A stretch of 64,000 nucleotides of DNA from the NCBI RefSeq assembly GCF_016433145.1, contig NC_058131.1, forward strand, positions 485,468,888-485,532,887. The letters run 5' to 3'. A program made the translations under genes and the position numbers. This DNA is from Gracilinanus agilis (taxonomy: Eukaryota). This document shows, in pieces, positions 1 through 12,189 of the stretch (position 1 is its first letter; each line of letters starts with the position of its first letter). The notes beneath the pieces are model-generated. The model was not told the origin of the DNA. It searched no databases and worked only from the letters and a program-made list of their open reading frames with translations.

Positions 1-297
1 AAGTGTGTGCCTCTTACAGTATTTTTCTGTGCAGAGAATATAGCTCTGGGAATTGTACTGGACTGGACAGTCAAGAGACCTTAGATCTGGCTCTGTCCAT
101 AAGTTAGTTTGTGGACATAGAACAAGGCTTCCCCTTCTTCTTTCATGATAGTTCTGTATGAAGTAAAATTCATTCAGTATTAAAAGCTAGTGCTTTAGGA
201 TTTGGATACAAAGCTCTTTAGTGCTGTCTTGTCAATGCCCTTTATAATGCAAATCCTATATAACTATTGTGGGCTGATTCAAAATAATGTGTATTCA

Positions 298-476
298 GGG
301 GAAGTTAGGTGGCTCAGTGGATTGAGAGCCTGGTCTAGAGATGGGAGGTCCTAGATTCAAATCTGGCTTTAGACACTTCCTAGGACCCATTGCCTAACCT
401 TTACCACTCTTCTGCCTTGGAATCAATACATAGTTTTGATTCTCAGACAGAAGGTAAGGATTAAAAAATATATATG
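298..476 (+). mobile_element. SINE1_Mdo-type tRNA/CORE SINE
   Basis: Head ggggaagttaggtggctcagtggattgagagcc, B-box-like ggttcaaatc variant, 3' gaaggtaaggattaaaaa; imperfect TSD atgtgtattca (287-297) / atatgtattca (477-487). Confidence 0.85.
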
Positions 477-1486
477 ATATGTATTCAGATAAAATGATGT
501 AGTGCTTAAAGATATCACTTAAGAGTTGGGAGGACCTGGGACCAAATCCTGCTTCTGATTTACTCTGACATAGGCTACCTATATGCTCCAGGTTATGTCA
601 TTTAACCTCTCACTGTAACTAAGATAACTTGTTACAGGTAACTAAGGTCATAAGTTGTAAATCAGCTGCTATTCTACATTAGTAGAGTTTCTTCACTAGT
701 AATTCCTTATAATAATTATGTCCTTTTTTGTTAATCTAACTCTCTACCAAAAAAAGGTGTGTAAATTATGCAATTAGAAAGTCAGGATAAATCAACACGT
801 CTAGCTTCCTTATTGGTAATCTCAAAAGAAGAGACAAATGGTGGAAAATAGGAGACAGAAAATGGCTAGTATTCAAATAATTTCATTTGACATAGAATGA
901 ATTCTCTGAATGCTTCCAAAATGTAATGTGGAATGAATGAAGAATTTGAAGACACTAGGAAGAAGCACTATAGTTCTTTTAAAATAATCAAATCAGTATA
1001 ATTAAAAGAGCTTAGAAAGAGACACTTTTGGAGTATTGTCCCAGGAAAGAGACATAGTATTTTCTTGAAGCTTTCATAAGTGGGATCTTCTTGTGGTAAC
1101 ATTTCACTGTTGTCCCTCTTTCAGATTTAACGAGGGATCCAGAAATATATTTGTGCTAGAGTAAAGGGAGATCATAATTCATTTGTGTCTCTCTTTACCA
1201 AGTCTTCATTTCTCACAAACAGGAGGTCAAGGTAGTTACTTAGTTGGCAATAAAACTCAATCTGAATGAGAAAGTTTCATCTGAATAAGATGCGTGTTTA
1301 AAACTTAACTTTCTTCATAGAAATATAGAAACCATTTTTAGCCTCTCTCTTGTGCAGCTCAAGTAGCATATAATATGAAATAAATGTTATTTAGTTATAG
1401 AAAGAACACTGATAAATGCTTGGCTATTAAGGTCAGACCACGGAGAATGGAAACAACACAGAGCTCTGGAAGAAATGGCCTTAGAA

Positions 1487-1507
1487 TTCAGCACCATGGA
1501 CAGAGAC
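1487..1507 (+). promoter_or_regulatory. RE1/NRSE (REST/NRSF) binding motif
   Basis: TTCAGCACCATGGACAGAGAC vs consensus TTCAGCACCACGGACAGCGCC; both half-sites intact with canonical 2-bp spacer; lies in repeat-free sequence. Confidence 0.75.
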
Positions 1508-2489
1508 ATTCCTTACATTCTAGTATAATGCACTTTGGACAAAGCTTTAATTTAGTGAGTAGCAGACAGGAGTGAAATATTATAGTTTATTTTAAGCTTT
1601 CCAGTTTTATTCTTTTTTCAAATGGTTGCTGCCCACCTGTTTGAAAGAAGCCAAAAGAGAATCTCTATTTTCTTTACCAAAGCACCCAGGAATATTCCAT
1701 ATTTTGTTAGTGATAGAATTTTGTACTTTACATGGAAGGTTCGCTGTGGGCTTTATGAACATTAATTAAACACATAAATTTCAAAGAATTTTGAGATTAT
1801 CATATCCCTCTAGCAGATGGATAGAGAAAGGGAAAGATTAGGACAGTAGAAAAAGCCAGATGTTGGCAGATAATCTAGCTGTTTGACACCAGGTTCCCTC
1901 ATTTTCTGTTTTCTCTAAAACATATCACTATAGTGTCATGGAGTTTATGTTTTATCTTCTCTATTCAGTTCCCTTCTCTACCATATCTTTCACTGCTCCC
2001 TATCCCTTTGGAGGAAATTCCCTTTGCATTTATCCAGAGTTCAACAACTAATTTGCCAAAGAAAGTCTGGATCTAGGGGCATTTTCTCCTTTGTATGCAG
2101 TCATTTTGGATGATTCCCATATTAGATACATAATCAGGAAGCACATAATCTTGAGTAGAAGAAATTAAATTCTCTCTCTAGAATAGTGCCATAAAACCTT
2201 GGTTTTTTCTTTCTCAAGGACTCCCTTTCAACAAATGCTACATATTAGTTAATACATCTGAATTGTGTAAATATGCTCAATGAATTTTGGCTCAAACAAT
2301 TCTTTCTGACTAATCCTTCCCAGAGTTGCTTCTTTGCCATTGAATCACATACAATCAGAATTGGAAATGATCTTGGTAAGTATCTATTTTAACAAATTCA
2401 TAAAGCAAGGAAACCCTTTATAACATACCTGAGAAATACTTATCCCACCTCTGCTTAAATATCTCCAGAAATGGGGAAGTAATTATATT

Positions 2490-2770
2490 TGAGTCATTCA
2501 ATCTATTTTTTAAATTAAATTTTCTTTATTATTCTGAATTTTAAAATCACCAACAAACACATTTTTATACATAAAAAGGAAAGCAAAGCTTGTATATGAA
2601 GCAGTGAATTTGTTATATATTGTTTGTTTTTAAAGGATGTATATGCATATTATCTAAAATTCAAAAATGAATCATAAAAACTGTTCTATTTGTTTATATT
2701 TCTTCTGTTCTTTTTTTTTTTTTGCTTCTGTGCATATAAAAAGTTTGATCAATATTAACTTTTTGAATAA
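2490..2770 (-). mobile_element. old marsupial L1 3' end fragment
   Basis: T-rich start followed by sequence resembling marsupial L1 3'UTR in reverse orientation. Confidence 0.55.
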
Positions 2771-2907
2771 ATGTTTTTTATTCATTTATACCTTTATTTT
2801 GCTTGGTTCAGTGAACTTTAAGAAAATGTTACATTAACTATCTCAAAATGATTGGTTTCCTTTGCAATCCTGTGCATTATATATTATTTATTTAAAACAT
2901 TATTCTG

Positions 2908-3095
2908 GGGATAGCTAGGTAGCACAGTGGGTAGGGCATCAGACCTGGAGTAGGTAGGACCTGGATTCAAATCTGGACTTGGACATTCCCTAGCTGAATG
3001 ACCTTGGGCAAGCCTTTTAATCAAAATTCCCTAGGCCTTAGTGATTTTCTGCCTTAGAACCAATACTTAGACAGAAAGTAAAGATAAAAAAAAAA
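2908..3095 (+). mobile_element. SINE1_Mdo-type SINE, inserted into a MER-like DNA transposon remnant (3100-3170)
   Basis: ggggatagctaggtagcacagtgg...ggattcaaatctgg...ctgaatgaccttgggcaag...A-tail; the flank ttagaaggggttcatagg...gccaaagaggtccat is the reverse of the element at 52985. Confidence 0.75.
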
Positions 3096-3326
3096 AGAAT
3101 CCATTTTCTTAGAAGGGGTTCATAGGTTTTACCAGAATGCCAAAGAGGTCCATAACATACTAAAAAATGATGATCTGATTTAATTAGAATATATCTTACC
3201 ATGATCAAATTCCTTTGTAGAGGAAAAAGATTCCACAGGTATGGAAAATTGTAGATATTTTCAGATTTTTTTCAATGTATCAATCAGTTTTGCTGATTCT
3301 CCTCCCCCCGCCCTTATCTTACATTA

Positions 3327-3790
3327 CAGAGACTCCTGTGATAGGTGAAAATCCATGAAGTAGTGGCATTATATTTATTTTATCATTTATATATTTTTTA
3401 AGGCTTTAAAAAGCCTTCCCACTCTCCTATAAGCCTTTCCCACACTCTTATTAACATTTTCCACACTCTTATAAATACTTCATATGTTCTTAAATATTTT
3501 CTGAACATATGGGTACAGTGTGGAAGAGCAAATAGACTGATGCTACAGTCACTGAGCCAATCGGTGCCTAGGACACAGAACACAGTGCTGTGGCAGCCAA
3601 TAATATGCCATGTACAATCTCACATTGGCAAACTTGTGCAAGCGGTAGTGCCATACTGCATTTCCATTGTTACAGTACAGTATTTATCTGTAAAATCTCA
3701 TGATATAGTGAAAACTCCATGATACAGAATTAGGTATATATTAAAAAAAAACCCACGATACAGCGAAACCATGATATCGAGGGACAACTG
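3327..3790. mobile_element. Tigger-like (Tc1/mariner-pogo) non-autonomous DNA transposon
   Basis: Right end cgatacagcgaaaccatgatatcgagggacaactg|TA; internal gataggtgaaaatccatgaagtag and triplicated ttcccacactcttat; left TIR degenerate. Confidence 0.6.
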
Positions 3791-3792
3791 TA

Positions 3793-4310
3793 ATCCTAAA
3801 TTGTTTTTCACATTTGTTGAACCAATTCATAGGTCTTCCAGCATTGTATTAGTGTCTTCCACAATCCATCCAGCAGTGGGTTTTTTCCCCTTCGCATATT
3901 CTTTGTCAATCTAATGAATGAAGTTAATTAATGCTTTAATTAGCATTTCCTCTAATTATTTGTGAGAATTTTGATAATTTTTTCTATATGGTCGTTAATA
4001 GTTTGTATTTGTTCATTTGAGAACTGCTTATTCATATCCATTGACTATTGGGAAACAAGGCTTATTTTGGTATATTCTTATCAATTTTTTATCTATCTTG
4101 TATGTTAGATCTTTTTCAGAAAAAATTTCTGGAAAGATTATTTTTCCATTTAATTGTATTCCTTGTAATTTTAAATGCATTAATCTTTTTCATGCACAGC
4201 TTTTCAATTTTGTGTATGATTGAACTTGTCCACTTTATCTATTATGATCACATTTTTCCTTATTTAGGTAAGAATTTTCCCTCTATCAAGTAATGTAGAA
4301 GTAGAAGATT
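3793..4310 (-). mobile_element. old L1 ORF2 3' fragment
   Basis: ttgtttgtattt...tttgagaactgcttattcatatccattgac...gggaa..ggcttatttt pattern typical of antisense L1 ORF2. Confidence 0.65.
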
Positions 4311-4329
4311 TTTTTTCTTTAATTGTCTT

Positions 4330-4540
4330 AGATAGTTCTAATTCCTAGGAAATATATCCTTATATTGAACTGAAATCTGCCTCTATCTTTATAACTTCTA
4401 CCTATTGTTCCTTCTTGTGCCATTTATCTTCAAGTAAATCAAGTTTAATTTCTCTTACAAATGATAGCCTTTCAAATGCTTGAAAATAGCTATCATGTCT
4501 CCTTATTCCTCTGCTCCCCAAATTTTCTTTTTTCTAGGTA
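4330..4540 (-). mobile_element. L3/CR1 3' end fragment
   Basis: ccttatattgaactgaaatctgcct...aacttctacctattgttcc...gatagcctttcaaatgcttgaaaatagctatcatgtc matches the reverse of the L3 3' end. Confidence 0.7.
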
Positions 4541-5059
4541 GATTGTTAGAAAGGTAAGAACAAGGTTTATGAAACACAGTACTGGGGATAAAAATTATAA
4601 GAAAGCAAGACAATTCCTGCATAAAAGAAGCTTATGTTCTAGTGGGAGAAAGCCCATATAGTGAGGCTAGAACAGGGAAATAGATTGGCTGTGAAGAAAT
4701 ATGATGAGAAGATGTATAAGAAATAACATGAAGTCTGATTCATGGCAATATAAGTAGAAAGCTCAAATAGCAAAATTATAGGACCATCATATACAGTCTT
4801 AGCTCTTTCAAACTGTCTTCCCATAGAATAATAGAATACCCTGTTTCCCCCTCTATCTTATTATCTTTCCTGAAATGTGTCTCAATTTAGACATGAGTAT
4901 CTGATTATAATCAGACCTGAGTAAAGTATAATAATATGACTGGTTCCTTCTTTATTTCAGAAATTCTGGTTTTATCCGTTCATACTAAGTTTACAGACCA
5001 AGGCTTGCCTCACTCATGAAATCTTCCTATACTAATCCAAACTAGGCAGATTTCTTCTT

Positions 5060-5262
5060 CCAACTTTTTAAAACTGTTACCTTCTGTTTTAGAATTGATA
5101 CTAAGTATTGGTTCCAAGGCAGAAAAATGGTAAGGGCTGTAATTGGGGTAAAGTGACTTGCCTAGGATCAAACAGCTAGGAAGTGTCCAAGGTCACATTT
5201 GAATTCAAGACTTCCTGTTGTCAGGCCTGGTATTCTATCTACTAAACCACCTAGCTTCCCCT
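5060..5262 (-). mobile_element. SINE1_Mdo-type SINE
   Basis: ttaccttctgttttagaattgatactaagtattggttccaaggcagaa...aagtgacttgcctaggatc...ccacctagcttcccc. Confidence 0.85.
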
Positions 5263-5299
5263 CTTTCTATTAATTCAGAGTCATATCTAACTCTCACTC

Positions 5300-5478
5300 G
5301 GCAAATGTTGTTTGTCTTCTGTTTTTGAAGATGACCAATGATATGATGGGGGTGATATTTTGACTTACTGGTGAATTAGATTGAAGTGAGGTCGAGTTGT
5401 ACAAAATTGCTTCAGAACTCAGCCTATCTCCCAGATTCATTGAATTCTAGTGCCAAGGCAAAAGTCAAATAAATTGTC
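5300..5478 (-). mobile_element. marsupial RTE-related SINE (WALLSI/RTESINE-like) fragment
   Basis: ttgttgtttgtctt...gaagatgaccaatga...gaattagattgaagtgagg...ccaaggcaaaagtc; same family as 6700, 60595 and 62490. Confidence 0.7.
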
Positions 5479-5479
5479 A

Positions 5480-5680
5480 TGTAGTGTGGACTGATCATAT
5501 TACTTAACTTTTATATTGCTAATTAATTTTTCTTGAGAATTTGGTTTTTTCCAACTAGATTGTAAGATCTTTGAGGGCTGGAGTCTTGTATTTTACTTCT
5601 TTCTATCCTTGACCTGGCAAGACATGGTGTTTTATATATAGTATATGTTTAATAAATATTCATTGATTGATTGAAGATAA
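5480..5680 (+). mobile_element. L2 3' end
   Basis: actagattgtaagatctttgaggg...gtttaataaatattcattgattgattga, the typical L2 terminus. Confidence 0.7.
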
Positions 5681-5964
5681 CACTTGAAGTATGTCATCTT
5701 TCATTTTATTGCAAGCTGTGTCCCAAGATGCTTTGCTGTTTCTTGAACAGATAGAAAGACCAGTGAAGTGTGCATGAAGCCTGTCTGAAAGGTTGGTATT
5801 GATTGACTGATTAGCTCCTTAGCATAGAAAATGTTCTTTCCTTAAGTCATTATAGATTTTCAGCTTGCCTTTTCAGAACTATTTTCGAGAGAAGCAAAGA
5901 CAGTTTTTAGACTTTTACATTTGGAAGGCCCTTCTTAAACAACTAAAGCTCAATCACCTCATCT

Positions 5965-6120
5965 AAAAAAAAAAAACAAACCAAAAAAAACACACCAAAA
6001 ATCCTTACCTTCTGTCTTAGAATCAGTACTATGTAGGAAGTGTCTGAGACTAGATTTGAACCCAGGACCTGCTGTCTTTGGGCCTGGCTCCTGATCCACT
6101 GAGTTATCCAGTTGCCCCCA
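5965..6120 (-). mobile_element. SINE1_Mdo-type SINE (internally deleted)
   Basis: ccttaccttctgtcttagaatcagtact...gatttgaacccaggacc...ccactgagttatccagttgcccc. Confidence 0.8.
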
Positions 6121-6139
6121 CAATCACCTCACTTTAATA

Positions 6140-6545
6140 CATGATAGGCCACATGGCATAGTGATCGTGACCCTGGACTTGGAATCAGGAAGACTTGTGT
6201 TCAAATCCTACCTCAGATACTTTCTTAGTTAGGTAACCCTGGGTAAATTGCCGATTCTCTTTTGTCTTCAGTTTCTTTATCTATAAAATGAGATGCTTGG
6301 TTTGAATGTCTTCTAAGTTTCTTTTCAGCTCTAAACTTGACTTGAGCTGCCGTGAGACCCAAAGACCACTAGCATAGTGGTAATCATATTTGTCTTAGAA
6401 TCAGAAGACTTAGGTTAGAGTCGTGTATCTGATATTTACTATACGTCAGTCTCTTTTAGCTTCGGATTCCTCATGTTTAAAATGAGATTCATAATACTTC
6501 TGTTACCTACCTCACAGGGTTACTGTGAGCACTGTGTAAATCTGA
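6140..6545 (+). mobile_element. two MIR/CORE SINEs
   Basis: catggcatagtg...ggaatcaggaagac...ttcaaatcc...cagtttctttatctataaaatg; second copy with ttcctcatgtttaaaatgag...acctcacagggttactgtgag. Confidence 0.7.
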
Positions 6546-6699
6546 GTAATTACTGTCACTAAAGTTATGATTATGGCTTCTAGAGAGCCCTTCAATGACC
6601 AGGGTCAGATTCTATCTTTGATAGTCTCTTACATATGAATCACTTGTTGTAGAGGAAGATTCAGTCATTCAATGAACCTTTATTAAGTGACTACTCTGA

Positions 6700-6990
6700 T
6701 AAATCGTTATTGTTTGTCCTTTATTTTCTAAGAGGACTAGTGACATCATGGGGTAGCACCTTCACTTGAGCATGAATTGGATTAAAGTGAGGGAGAGTTA
6801 CACAAAGTGTTCAGCTCCACTTTCTCTTTCAGACACCCAAGTCCTTAGGCAAGACAAAAGTCAGGACAACTGGTGATGGCAGGACAACAGTGAATGACTT
6901 TGGAGTCTTTGATATCTGACCAAGCTCTAAGCACTCCCCAGTGCCTGCTTGAGTTCCCTCCGTTACTGTTGGAACAAACTGTCCTCATCC
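6700..6990 (-). mobile_element. marsupial RTE-related SINE (WALLSI/RTESINE-like)
   Basis: ttattgtttgtcctttatt...gtgacatcatgg...gaattggattaaagtgagg...gcaagacaaaagtcagg. Confidence 0.7.
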
Positions 6991-7064
6991 TTCCATTTTT
7001 TTTAAACCCTTACCTTCCATCTTAGACTCAATACTATGTATTGGTATCTGGAAGACTAGTTTTA

Positions 7065-7255
7065 ATGAGTTCAAATTTGGCTTCACACATGTAATCCCTA
7101 TGTCACCCTGGGCAAATCTCTTAGCCCTGTTTGCTTCAGTTTCTTTATCTGTAAAATGACCTGGAGAAGGAAGTTTCAAACCACTCCAGTATCTTTACCA
7201 AGAAAACTCTAAATGGGGTTACAAAGAATCAGACATGACAGAAAATGACTGAAAT
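7065..7255 (+). mobile_element. Mar1-type SINE (CORE + RTE tail)
   Basis: ctgtaaaatgacctggagaagg...accactccagtatctttaccaagaaaac...ggggttacaaagaatcagacatgac. Confidence 0.8.
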
Positions 7256-7344
7256 TTATATAGTATTTTAAGGGTTGCAATATACTTTACAAATATTATC
7301 TGTTTTAATTCTTATCACAGCCCTTACAAGCCAGCACCATCATT

Positions 7345-7555
7345 TATTTATTTATTTTTATAGCTCGTACCTTTTGTCTTAGAATCAGTACTGTGTATTG
7401 GGTCTAAGGCAGAAGAGTGGTAAGGGCTAGGCAATTGAGATCAAGTGACTTGCCCAGGGTCACACAGCAAGGAAGTGCCTGAGGTTAGAATTGGATCTAG
7501 AACTGCTTATATCCAGACTTGGCTCTCAATCCATTGAGCCACTTTAGCTTCCCCT
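7345..7555 (-). mobile_element. SINE1_Mdo-type SINE
   Basis: taccttttgtcttagaatcagtactgtgtattggg...ggcagaagagtggtaagggctaggcaat...gcccagggtcacacagc. Confidence 0.85.
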
Positions 7556-7784
7556 AGTGCTATTATTTATAATTCCCCCCATTTTACAGATGAGGAAACT
7601 GAAGGGAGTAATGATTATATGATTTGCCCAGGGTCATACTGCCAGTAAGTGCCTAAGGCTAGGTTTGGAGTCAACTCTTCCTGATTCTAGTTTAAACTCT
7701 CTTTTGTTGTGTTATTTAGCTTTCCTAGGTCCAACTTGAGTCCATCCAAAATAGTAGAAGGATTGTAGACTAGAGGATCATTTG

Positions 7785-8075
7785 GGTATGTTTAACCTTA
7801 AGACAAAATGCTTTAGGCAGAGACATGAATGTTGTCTTTAAGTATTTGACTGGCTGTCATGTGAAAGAAGGATTAGACTTGTTCCACTTGGCCCTAGAGG
7901 GTAGATCTAAGTAGATGGAGGTTTAGAGAGGCAGATTTAAGCTTGATATAAAGATAAATTTCCCAACAATTAGATCTGTCCAGAAATGGAATGAGCTGCC
8001 TTATGAGGTTGTGGGTTGCCCCTCACTGGACATCTTCAAGGGAAAATGGAATGACTACCTGTCAGGGATTTGTAG
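7785..8075 (+). mobile_element. L3/CR1 3' end
   Basis: gtctttaagtatttgactggctgtcatgtgaaagaaggattagacttgttc...gaggcagatttaagcttgat...aaatggaatgagctgcct...cccctcactgg. Confidence 0.8.
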
Positions 8076-8129
8076 TGGAAAGTCGGTGAAAATCAAATAA
8101 CCTTTAGAGTTATTCAGAAAAAGACACTG

Positions 8130-8570
8130 TGAAATTACAAAGACAAAACCCAATAGGGAATGTCCTCAAGGAATCATATCTTCATGGAGGAAGACTCCAT
8201 GTGTATATATAATTAAGAAGAAAGTAATTTGAAAAGAGAGAGAGAGCACTAAATAAATGGGCATGGTGGTGGTGGTTAGGGATAACTTCACAGAGCAGGC
8301 GGTACCTGAGCTGAAGAACAAATTGGAGAAAGCTAAGGATTCAAACTAGAGGTGAGGGAAGAGGATGTGCTTGTGTGGCTTGAGTAAATACAGTGAGGCA
8401 GGAGAAAAAAATGTCAAGTTTGAAGAAGTTTTGTTGGAAGAATAGGTCCAAAATTGATCATAATCTAGACTGTATACAGGGGGACTGGACTTGTGATCTT
8501 AGTTGGATAGGGAATTTCTGGGTGAGGATATTCTCTCTGCCAGTGCAAGGTAGTACCCTCTTTACAACTG
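8130..8570 (-). mobile_element. L2 fragment
   Basis: cctcaaggaatcatatcttcatggagg...gcaggcggtacctgagctg...gagggaagagg, a purine-rich antisense L2 3' region. Confidence 0.55.
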
Positions 8571-8884
8571 ATAGACAGTCTTAGACACTTAAGCCCCAAG
8601 AAGTTGATTAATTTAGTTAGGAACATATAGGTAGGTGGTTGTTTTTTTTTTTTTTTATAAGAAGCAGAACTTGAACTCATGTCTTCTGTTTTCTCTATCT
8701 CAATCCTGTGTCATTTGAGAACTTGTTAAGTCTTAATCCTTTCTAGAGAGAAGTAAAAGAACATAATGACTGTGAATTGTGGAAAAACAAGATACAAGAA
8801 GGATAAAAGCTGGCCTTGGGAATGAACGAATTTTGAAGGTTATGAAAAAAAAAAACCCTGGATAATCTACTTATGAATTGCCCC

Positions 8885-9075
8885 GATGTTTTTTTTTTTT
8901 TAAACTCTTACCATCAACCGTAAACTCAATACTGTGTTTAGTTCTAAGGCAGAAGAATGGTAAAGGCTAGGCAATGGGGATTAAATGACTTGGAAGTGAC
9001 TGAGGTCATATCTGAACCCAAGACCTCTCATCTCTATTCCTGGCTCTCCATCCACTGAGCCACCTACCTACCCCT
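8885..9075 (-). mobile_element. SINE1_Mdo-type SINE
   Basis: polyT-taaactcttacc...ctaaggcagaagaatggtaaaggctaggcaatgggg...ccactgagccaccta. Confidence 0.85.
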
Positions 9076-9109
9076 GTCTCAACTGATTCTTGCTAATATT
9101 CTTCTGAGG

Positions 9110-9375
9110 AGCACATAGATGACTCAGTGAATAGAGCACTGAGCCTGAGAGCAGGAAGCCTCATTTCCCCAAGTTCAAATCTAGCTTCAGACACTTAATA
9201 GCAATGTGCTTAGGCAAATCATTTAATAGCTGTCTGTTTTCTCATCTGTAAAAGTGGGGATAATAATAACATCTTTCCTTGCTGGGTCATTGTTAGGATT
9301 GGATGAAATAATATTTGAAAAGTGCTTAGCACAATGCTCAACACATGGCAGGAACTCAATAAATGTTTGCTCCTT
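9110..9375 (+). mobile_element. MIR
   Basis: atagagcactgagcctgaga...ttcaaatctagcttcagacactt...ctcatctgtaaaagtgggg...aagtgcttagcacaatg...caataaatgtt. Confidence 0.8.
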
Positions 9376-10694
9376 TCCCTAAGATACCATGTCCAAAGAT
9401 GGAGTTTAAATTCTGGGAGTTTTCATTTATTTCCTTTTTCCAGGTGTTCTTAGGTATTCAGATATTTCATTATTAAGTACTTTGGATTGGAGGCAATGAC
9501 TTGTTAAGAAAGGAGCAAATATCTATTTGTTTTGAACACTTGAAACATCTGGGGATTCTTTGCTGTATCCGTTATTGGTATTGGTTTTGGCCCCACACAA
9601 CCAAATCCTTGGATATTTGGTTATTGAGAATATGAGAATTATAGTCAGGTTGAGGTCATGACTTTTAGTCTTTTCTTTTATAGAAAGGTTTTCTATGTGA
9701 TGGTGGTGATTTCAAAGGAACAAACTGGAGCCTTGCTATATGACATGACCTTTCAGAAACTGGAACTTGGTATAATATGATTCCACTTTGAACTATGTCC
9801 AGTGGGGATTGGTTACTGGGTAAGATCATTAGAATGCAGTCCATTTCTCTGGCCTGGATCTAGAGGTAGCCATTATGAAATTTGATAATAAAGTGACTAA
9901 ACTGAATCTTGAATAAACATATCAGAATATGTACATTAAATTATTTTCCCTTCTAAAAGTAGTCACCCTGCTAGACTATAGACTTATTCTAGTGGTACAA
10001 CTAGAGTATAAAACATTTCTGGGATCTTCAGTTCCCTTATGATTTGGGAATTTTCTTCCTAGTTTTCAATGTCTAACACCAGGTGGACTCTGCTGTTGCC
10101 ATGGAGAACAATGAGGGTGAGGGCGATAGTTATCAGGAGCTCTCTCTCTCTCTCCAACTAAAGGGACTTCTGAAGAAACCGGAGGGTGGAAGCTGGCTAA
10201 AAATGTCTGAGAGTATCCAGGCAAAAGCACCCACAGACCAAATGGCTGCTGCAAAATTGAGTTAACCCTTTCTATAGTTGGATGCTTTGTTCCTTCCTTA
10301 GTGGCAGGCTCTTATAGTCTGTTCTCTGGTCTTCACCTTTCCATAGCCCCTTCTCAGACTTTGTTCTTCCTCCTAGCTTTGAACTTGCTTCTGTTTCAGA
10401 CATTCAGAGTTTACTCAGTTTATGTAGCTGTTGAGCTTGAATTGTTCAGAGATTTTGATCTTGACCCCTGTAATCTGTCTTGATTCTAAAACTCTCCCCT
10501 CCCCAATTATCAAGCATTTATTTTCTCTCCCTTCCATTGAAAAGAAAAAGAAAAACCTCAATAACTATGTAAGGAAAAATAAATTCCCACATCATCCATG
10601 TTTAGAAATGTATGTCTTATTCTGCATCTTAGGTACATCAGCTCTCTGCCTTGAAGGAAGTAGGTAGCATGATTCATTATCTGACCTCAGCTTT

Positions 10695-10870
10695 CTTTTT
10701 TTAAAACCCTTACCTTCTGTCTTCAGAGCAATACTATGTATTGGGCAAGGCAACTGGAATTAAATGACTTGTCCAGGGTCACTGAACTAGGAAGTGTCTT
10801 TGGCTAGGTTTGAACTCTGGACCTCCTGTCTCCAGGCCTCGCTTTCTATCTACTGAACCACTTAGCTACC
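10695..10870 (-). mobile_element. SINE1_Mdo-type SINE
   Basis: ttaaaacccttaccttctgtctt...aaatgacttgtccagggtcac...ggacctcctgtctccaggcc. Confidence 0.85.
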
Positions 10871-10879
10871 TTTAACATT

Positions 10880-11190
10880 AGCTAAACACCTGTTAAGTAA
10901 GTATACTTAGCCAGGGTATCATTCTTCTTAACTTTTCTGACTTTTTTCAAGATACTGCTTAAATCAAGTCTTCCCTAGGGAGCATTTCTTCATCCTCCTT
11001 CTTTTTCTCTGACATCACTTTCCTTCCCTATATATCTAATATGTGTATAGTTTTTTGTATGCTGCTCCCACACTTAGAATGTGAATTCCTTGATGGCAAA
11101 GCTGTTTTTTGCTTTTCTTTGTAACCCCCTAGTTTAGTACAGTACCTGGAACATAGTACTTAATATATGCCTGTTGACCAACTAACTGTA
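10880..11190 (+). mobile_element. L2 3' end
   Basis: ttagaatgtgaattccttgatggcaaa...ctagtttagtacagtacctggaacatagtacttaatatatgcctgttgac. Confidence 0.7.
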
Positions 11191-11270
11191 AAGAATAGAG
11201 TTAGCTTAGACAATCTCCAAGGATCCTCCTAAGCTCTCAGTCTTAAGATCTATTAAAAGAAATGGCTTGT

Positions 11271-12172
11271 CATTTTCAGATGAAGAAATCAAAACTATCA
11301 GGAATCATATAAAAAAATGTTCTAAATCCCTCCCCATTAAAGAAATGCAAATCAAAACCATTTTGAGGTACACCTCACACCTAGCAGATTGGCCAATATG
11401 ACAGTAAAGGAAAATAAATGTTGGAGGGGATGTGGCAAAATTGGGACCCTAATGCATTGCTGGTGGAGTTGTGAATTGATCCAACCATTCTAGAAGGCAA
11501 TTTGGAATCATGTCCAAAGGACTTTAAAAGAATGCATGCCTTTTGATACCACTAATAGGTTTATACTCCAAAGAGATAATACAAAATGTTTGTACAAAAA
11601 TATTCATAGCCATACTCTTTGTGGTGGCAAAAAAAAATTGGAAAATGAGGGGGTGTCCCTTGATTGGGGAATGGCTGAAAAAATTCTGGCATATGATGTT
11701 GATGGAATACCACTATGCTATAAGGAATGATAAAGGGCTTGATTTCTAAACGAACCTCAACAAACTGAGGCAGAGTGAAATGAGAGAACCAGGAGAACAT
11801 TGTACACAGAAACTGAAACATGATGGGATGATCAAATGTAATCAACTTTGTTACTAATAGTAATGCAATGATCCAGGACAAACCTGGGACTTATGAGAAA
11901 GAACGCTATCCAGATCCAGAGAAAGAACTTTGGGAGTAGAAATGCAGAAGAAAAACATATGATTTATCACTTGTTTATATGGGTATAGGATTTGGGGTTT
12001 TGGTTTTTAAATGATCACTGGATTACAAAAATCAATTATATGGAAAGAGGTATTGAATAATGACATATGTCTAACCCAGAAGGGGGGAGGGAAGAGGGGG
12101 AGGGAGAGAACATGAATCATTTAACCATGGCAAAACCCCAATAAACAAACAAACAAACAAACAAAGGAACAT
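11271..12172 (+). mobile_element. 5'-truncated opossum L1 (ORF2 C-terminus + 3'UTR + (AAAC)n tail)
   Basis: Track ORF 11543-11749 (TKIFIAILFVVAKKNWKMRGCPLIGEWLKKFWHM) is L1 ORF2 C-terminal sequence; 12-bp TSD gaaatggcttgt (11259-11270) / gaaatgacttgt (12173-12184). Confidence 0.9.
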
Positions 12173-12189
12173 GAAATGACTTGTGGTAG

